Source: an uncultured Nitrososphaerota archaeon
Lineage (GTDB): Archaea > Thermoproteota > Nitrososphaeria > Nitrososphaerales > Nitrosopumilaceae
Assembly (NCBI GenBank): GCA_963701075.1
Contig: OY969559.1
Span: 320,001-384,000, forward strand
Direction of reading: 5' to 3'
Length of the DNA stretch: 64,000 nt
Shown: piece after piece, positions 62,392-64,000 of the stretch
How positions within the stretch are numbered: the first letter of the stretch is position 1
Layout: every line of letters starts with the position of its first letter
Position numbers and translations under genes: made by a program
The notes under the pieces: model-generated
Told to the model about the DNA's origin: nothing
What the model saw: the letters and a program-made list of their open reading frames with translations, nothing else
Database searches by the model: none

Positions 62392-63077
62392 ATTGCAACT
62401 GCCCTAACAGGAGATCCTGTGGCATCCTTTAGCTTGAGGGGCAACACTATCAACATAAAACTGGTTCTTTGAATTTTGTCAAGATTGCAGAGATTCTCCA
62501 AAATCAAGATTCCACTCTTCAATAAGACATGATGGGCAGAAAATTTTGAATCCTTACCCATGTCAATGCTAGGTGCGTCAATGCCTATCAGGCTAACCCT
62601 CTTTTTTGACAGGTACTTTGCTGCACCTGCTGAAAGCCCTGGGTTTTTGGTGAAATAGTCCTTTCTTGCTAGATTTTTTGACCAGCCGGTCCCAAAGATT
62701 ACGGCTGAACTAGGCGGTATCTTGCCATTTCTTGCTTCAAAGCTGACTATATCATTTTGAGTGATTGGCGTGTTGGGGCCCTTTCTTATATTGCATAAAA
62801 TTGCACTTGTGATCAATCTGTTGAGAGGAATCCTGTCTATTTTGATCCCTTTTTCTATGAAATGATACGGTGCATCAAGGTGGGTTCCAGTATGCGAGCT
62901 TAGGAAAATCAGCTCAAGATTGTATCCATCAGATTTTTTGTCTGCCCATGAAATGAATTGGGGACGTGGAGAGCCTGGAAAACTTGGAAGCTTGTTTGAA
63001 ATCTCAAGTGTCAGGTCAATTGGTTCCACAAAGTTAGTTGGAATCGGTAATAAATCAATTTTGATGTTCATAACCAA
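62388..63077 (-). CDS. Cyclase/kynurenine formamidase-family protein
   Basis: IDLT, HTGTHLDAP, GIDAPS, ENL, GSPVRA. Confidence 0.9.
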   Translation of the reverse strand: MVMNIKIDLLPIPTNFVEPIDLTLEISNKLPSFPGSPRPQFISWADKKSDGYNLELIFLSSHTGTHLDAPYHFIEKGIKIDRIPLNRLITSAILCNIRKGPNTPITQNDIVSFEARNGKIPPSSAVIFGTGWSKNLARKDYFTKNPGLSAGAAKYLSKKRVSLIGIDAPSIDMGKDSKFSAHHVLLKSGILILENLCNLDKIQRTSFMLIVLPLKLKDATGSPVRAVAI

Positions 63078-63087
63078 AAGTTAAATA

Positions 63088-63366
63088 TTGTCAACAGAAA
63101 ATTATCTCATGCCAACTACTTACATACTGATAAACTCTGATCTAGGCTCTGACGTCGAGATAATTCAGAAAATCAAGGAAATACTGAACAAAGAAAGCGG
63201 CATAAAATACGAAGTTCAAGGGGTCTATGGTGTTTATGATATTATAGTCAAGATCACCGCTGATTCAATGGATCATCTAAGGAGCATCATTACCAATAAC
63301 ATACGAAAGATAGACAAGGTCTATTCCACCCTGACAATGATGGTAATAGAAGAGCAGGAAAAGTAG
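63088..63366 (+). CDS. Stand-alone Lrp/AsnC ligand-binding (RAM) domain
   Basis: YILIN, VYGVYDIIVKI, IRKIDKVYSTLT. Confidence 0.88.
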   Translation: MSTENYLMPTTYILINSDLGSDVEIIQKIKEILNKESGIKYEVQGVYGVYDIIVKITADSMDHLRSIITNNIRKIDKVYSTLTMMVIEEQEK

Positions 63367-64000
63367 CTAATTTCTTCTCAATGCGTCAATTACCCGCAAA
63401 ATCTCTGATTCTGTGTTAAAAAAGTGCGGCGAAGCCCTGATTATTTTCTTGGAAAATATCTCTCGCACGGCAAGTATCATGTTTTCCTTCTCTAGCCTTT
63501 TGACTATAAACTCGGGATTCTGGTCTTTAATGGCAAACGAGACTATGCTTGTTCTTTTTCTCTCTTCTTGGGGGCCAAACAGGACTATGCCAGGTATCTT
63601 TGCTAGCTCTTCGCGCATCAAGTTTGCAAGTTTGACATTTTGATTCCTTATCTTTTCGATTCCTGTCTTGAGAAGAAAATTGATGGATGCCTCAAGCCCG
63701 GCTGCTCCTGCCCAATTGCGAAACCCTGCCTGAAATCTCGCAGGCATTTCCTTGTGAATTATTTTATTATCGTGTAAAATTGCAGACTCGCCACCTATCT
63801 GCAGCGGCTCTATCAATTCGCTTGATTCTTTTTTACAGAAAAATACCCCGATGCCCATTGGACCGCAAAGCCACTTTGATCCGTTAAAGGACATGAAATT
63901 ACATTTTATCTTGTTTACATCGACATCGCTGATGCATCCAACTGTTTGTGCAGCATCAATAAAGTAAGGTATGCTCTTTTCTGCAAGGTACTCACCTATC
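63367..64000 (-). CDS. Class V PLP aminotransferase / cysteine desulfurase-like protein (5' end outside window)
   Basis: Frame stays open to the window edge: IDAAQTVG...SFNGSKWLCGPMGIG...RASPHFFN. Confidence 0.88.
   Translation of the reverse strand, partial: IGEYLAEKSIPYFIDAAQTVGCISDVDVNKIKCNFMSFNGSKWLCGPMGIGVFFCKKESSELIEPLQIGGESAILHDNKIIHKEMPARFQAGFRNWAGAAGLEASINFLLKTGIEKIRNQNVKLANLMREELAKIPGIVLFGPQEERKRTSIVSFAIKDQNPEFIVKRLEKENMILAVREIFSKKIIRASPHFFNTESEILRVIDALRRN

Overview
Chromosomal window from an ammonia-oxidising archaeon (Nitrososphaerota, probably Nitrosotalea-like; inferred from gene content and AT-rich composition). It holds the replication origin region (ORB repeats next to cdc6, flanked by both PolD subunits), archaeosine/preQ0 genes (queC, folE, queE), a tRNA-maturation cluster (Trm11-like, RNase Z, ThpR, CCA enzyme), TFB, an ESCRT-III/CdvB paralog, GINS, glnA, thermosome, glyA, Hsp20/Cdc48, tRNA-Pro(GGG), an intact IS5-family element and several surface-protein genes. 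About nine genes, several essential, are split by 1-2 nt insertions that look like sequencing errors. The main unexplained signals are three or four intergenic, multi-stem candidate structured RNAs (13.5, 17.3, 21.6 and 26.3 kb), dense GTGA and TTAAC motif arrays over a cluster of four small putative DNA-binding genes beside oriC, two microproteins missed by the ORF track (a C2H2 zinc finger and an AbrB-like protein), a triple cupredoxin lacking its copper ligands, and near-identical DNA between the two Cdc48 Walker A regions. All product calls come from motif recognition by eye; no database searches or folding programs were run.
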